Positions 26,101-64,000 of a stretch of 64,000 nucleotides of DNA are shown here, piece by piece. The notes below the pieces were generated by a model. That model was not told where the DNA came from, did no database searches, and saw nothing but the letters and a program-made list of their open reading frames with translations. The position numbers were made by a program, and so were the translations under genes. Position 1 is the first letter of the stretch, and the number at the start of each line of letters is the position of its first letter. This DNA is from Nitrospirales bacterium (GTDB taxonomy: Bacteria; Nitrospirota; Nitrospiria; Nitrospirales; UBA8639), in contig CBDBCZ010000015.1 of NCBI GenBank assembly GCA_965203295.1, forward strand, positions 640,001-704,000, given 5' to 3'.

Positions 26101-27077
26101 GATTCCTTTTAATTTCTTTCCTTTGGAATTTGTACGAAGACCATCTGCTTGTTGAGATGGGTTGTGTTGCTGTACATCTACAACTACAGTGCTTTGCAAT
26201 GTAGTTGGACTGGCAGCATTGGGTGCTGCAATGGTTGTGTCAGAATGTGCACTTACAAGGTGTTGTAATGAAGCATCTGCAGAAACAGGATCCCGAGCAC
26301 TTGTCTCTAAAAGACGCCTCTCACTCGAATCGTGCTGTATAGTAATTGAGGTTTCTTCCTTGAGTTGCTGGGCTTCTGGTAAGGATGGGGATACATGAAG
26401 GCTGTGGGAACAGAAGCACCACGTACATTTCATGCATGTAGTACATTAACATTCACAGTGTGTACAGAGTATGGGCTGTAAAAAGCTACTGCAGATGAAC
26501 ATACGTCTACGTCTATAAAACTCCCCCATTTATATATGTACTCCCCATGGTTGAGTTACCTGTCAGAAGATGTTGCAAGGTGCTGCTCTTCTCTGCATTC
26601 GTACTCAAAGGTCACATCGAGCTCACAATTGTGAATAGCAGCAGTAGCATTTCTTCCAACACTGAGCATCAGCTGCTTTCTTTCAGGGGTTAGTACATCA
26701 GCTAAGTCGGCAGTATGCAATGTGGCACTTGCAAGACTTTTATGGGATTGCCTTTTTTCTGAGAAAATTTTGAGATGAAATTTCAACTCAACCGGTGCTA
26801 CTGCTGCACCATCAGCTGACTGATGGCGTTCAATGGTAATTTGCGGTAAGTCAGCTTCCCAAGTCGCAACATAGTGGCCAGATCTATGGTGTAACTCACT
26901 AAGAGTGACTGTGCTTGAGTTAGTAGACTGAGATCCATGAGTCACCCGGATGTAGAGAGGTGGAAAAGTAGTGGGTACTTGAATAGCATTCTGGCTGAAC
27001 TGAATGCTTACAGAGTGCAAGGAAATCTTCAGGGTGCGTTGTTGAGCCTTTTCTCTTGCTGAACTTTCCATGCTCAT
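17190..27077 (-). CDS. Uncharacterised ~1124-aa protein: N-terminal C2-like domain, long disordered linker, two tandem C2-like domains, C-terminal coiled coil
   Basis: Phase-compatible exons 27077-26560, 26401-24375, 24302-24181, 23270-23155, 22302-22104, 21575-21524, 18617-18471, 17924-17860, 17483-17395, 17229-17190 total 3375 nt with no internal stop. C2-like motifs (GILKIKICGA...LYCVLTING...PVVWNQ...CIGAAVLSV...YLPLQPKGAVLLEASF); tail LQQENADLRKEVEYLKEELRQAK. Confidence 0.8.
19412..19697 (-). mobile_element. tRNA-containing dispersed repeat, copy B, inserted in a decayed LINE
   Basis: Reverse-complement match to ~7840-8129, including the flank upstream of the tRNA. Confidence 0.8.
19472..19548 (-). 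tRNA. tRNA-Thr(AGT)-like sequence (repeat-borne, probably pseudo-tRNA)
   Basis: D stem GCTC/GAGC, anticodon stem TCTGA/TCAGA with loop CT-AGT-AT, T stem CTGGG-TTCAATC-CCCAG. The acceptor stem is imperfect. Confidence 0.55.
22440..22487. mobile_element. 48-bp TAGCCTC...GAGGCTA MITE, 9-bp TSD
   Basis: TSD gcatgtcag at 22431-22439 and 22488-22496. Confidence 0.85.
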
Positions 27078-27439
27078 TCTGAGTTACAGCAGAAAGGAAA
27101 TTGGTGGATAATTATGTTAAGCTTATTGGTACTGTAGCAATATTAAGCGTACGTACCTTGTCACAGGCTTCTTTAAATGATGCAAACAGCTGGCAACAAG
27201 GATAATAGACAACTTGCTCAGGATAGTTGTATGTGCTACACAGGTGTCCTTTCTCGCTCCAATACCTTGTAGCCTTTCATAAGCTATAGTCTATTTCAAA
27301 TTCTTGCTGTGCAGTATTGTCCAGATATACCTCGTAGCCTTCGCGAGGTAAAACCACACGCGGCGTTCCCTATAACAGACACTGATTTAAGCGAGTCGAT
27401 CTCCTTCAATACTCTGATTTATCCAATATCATGTCTCGC

Positions 27440-27550
27440 CAACACCAGAATCAGTTAGAGGGAGTTAGCGAGCTCCTCCCCCCTCGATCCAAATAAGCGT
27501 GCGCACACCCATCCGGGATGCCCGGATGTGTACAGGAACGGGACTACAGC
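27440..27550 (-). promoter_or_regulatory. Probable promoter/TSS region of the C2 gene
   Basis: CpG-rich patch with tgcgca and catccggg/cccggatg motifs, just upstream of apparent non-coding exons and only ~200 bp past the DDX43 stop. Confidence 0.4.
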
Positions 27551-27747
27551 TCAGTATGCGTCTTGGATTCAGACATAACTATGTCATAAAAATTTTATCA
27601 TTAGTGTACAGACTACATATTTTATATGATGATACAGTGATATGCAGAATAAATAGGTGATTTGCTACTGCAACTCAGCTTTGTAGGATAGTGGCGGTGA
27701 AATGACTGAGTGCACCAATAATTACTGGATTCAGTGTTTTACTAGCT

Positions 27748-63937
<36,190 letters not shown>

Positions 63938-64000
63938 CTGTATACATCGTATACATCAAAGCGTTTTGCGTATATACAATACAGCATGGTTTGCTGTGGT

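Overview
Intron-rich, repeat-dense animal DNA, probably a demosponge (inferred from gene and repeat style). I could reconstruct four genes by splicing. (1) 3' exons of an ABCG half-transporter (+, 606-2386) with frameshifts and a stop. (2) A DGCR8/Pasha homologue (-, ~4734-10594) with the IPCL heme motif, two dsRBDs and the C-terminal tail, but with stops, frameshifts and lost splice sites. (3) An apparently intact 10-exon gene (-, 17190-27077, ~1124 aa) with three C2-like domains and a coiled-coil tail. (4) An intact KH + DEAD-box helicase of the DDX43/DDX53 type (-, 27748 to beyond 63937). The rest is largely mobile DNA: LINE fragments, TA-flanked pogo/Tc1 MITEs, TAG...CTA MITEs with 9-bp TSDs, several Helentron/DINE-like families, and a dispersed ~360-bp repeat carrying a tRNA-Thr-like cassette with its own upstream TATA box. 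The most unusual items are that tRNA cassette, a LINE RT enclosed in a minimal TIR pair, and the decayed Pasha/ABCG block. All calls come from manual reading and motif recall; no searches were run.
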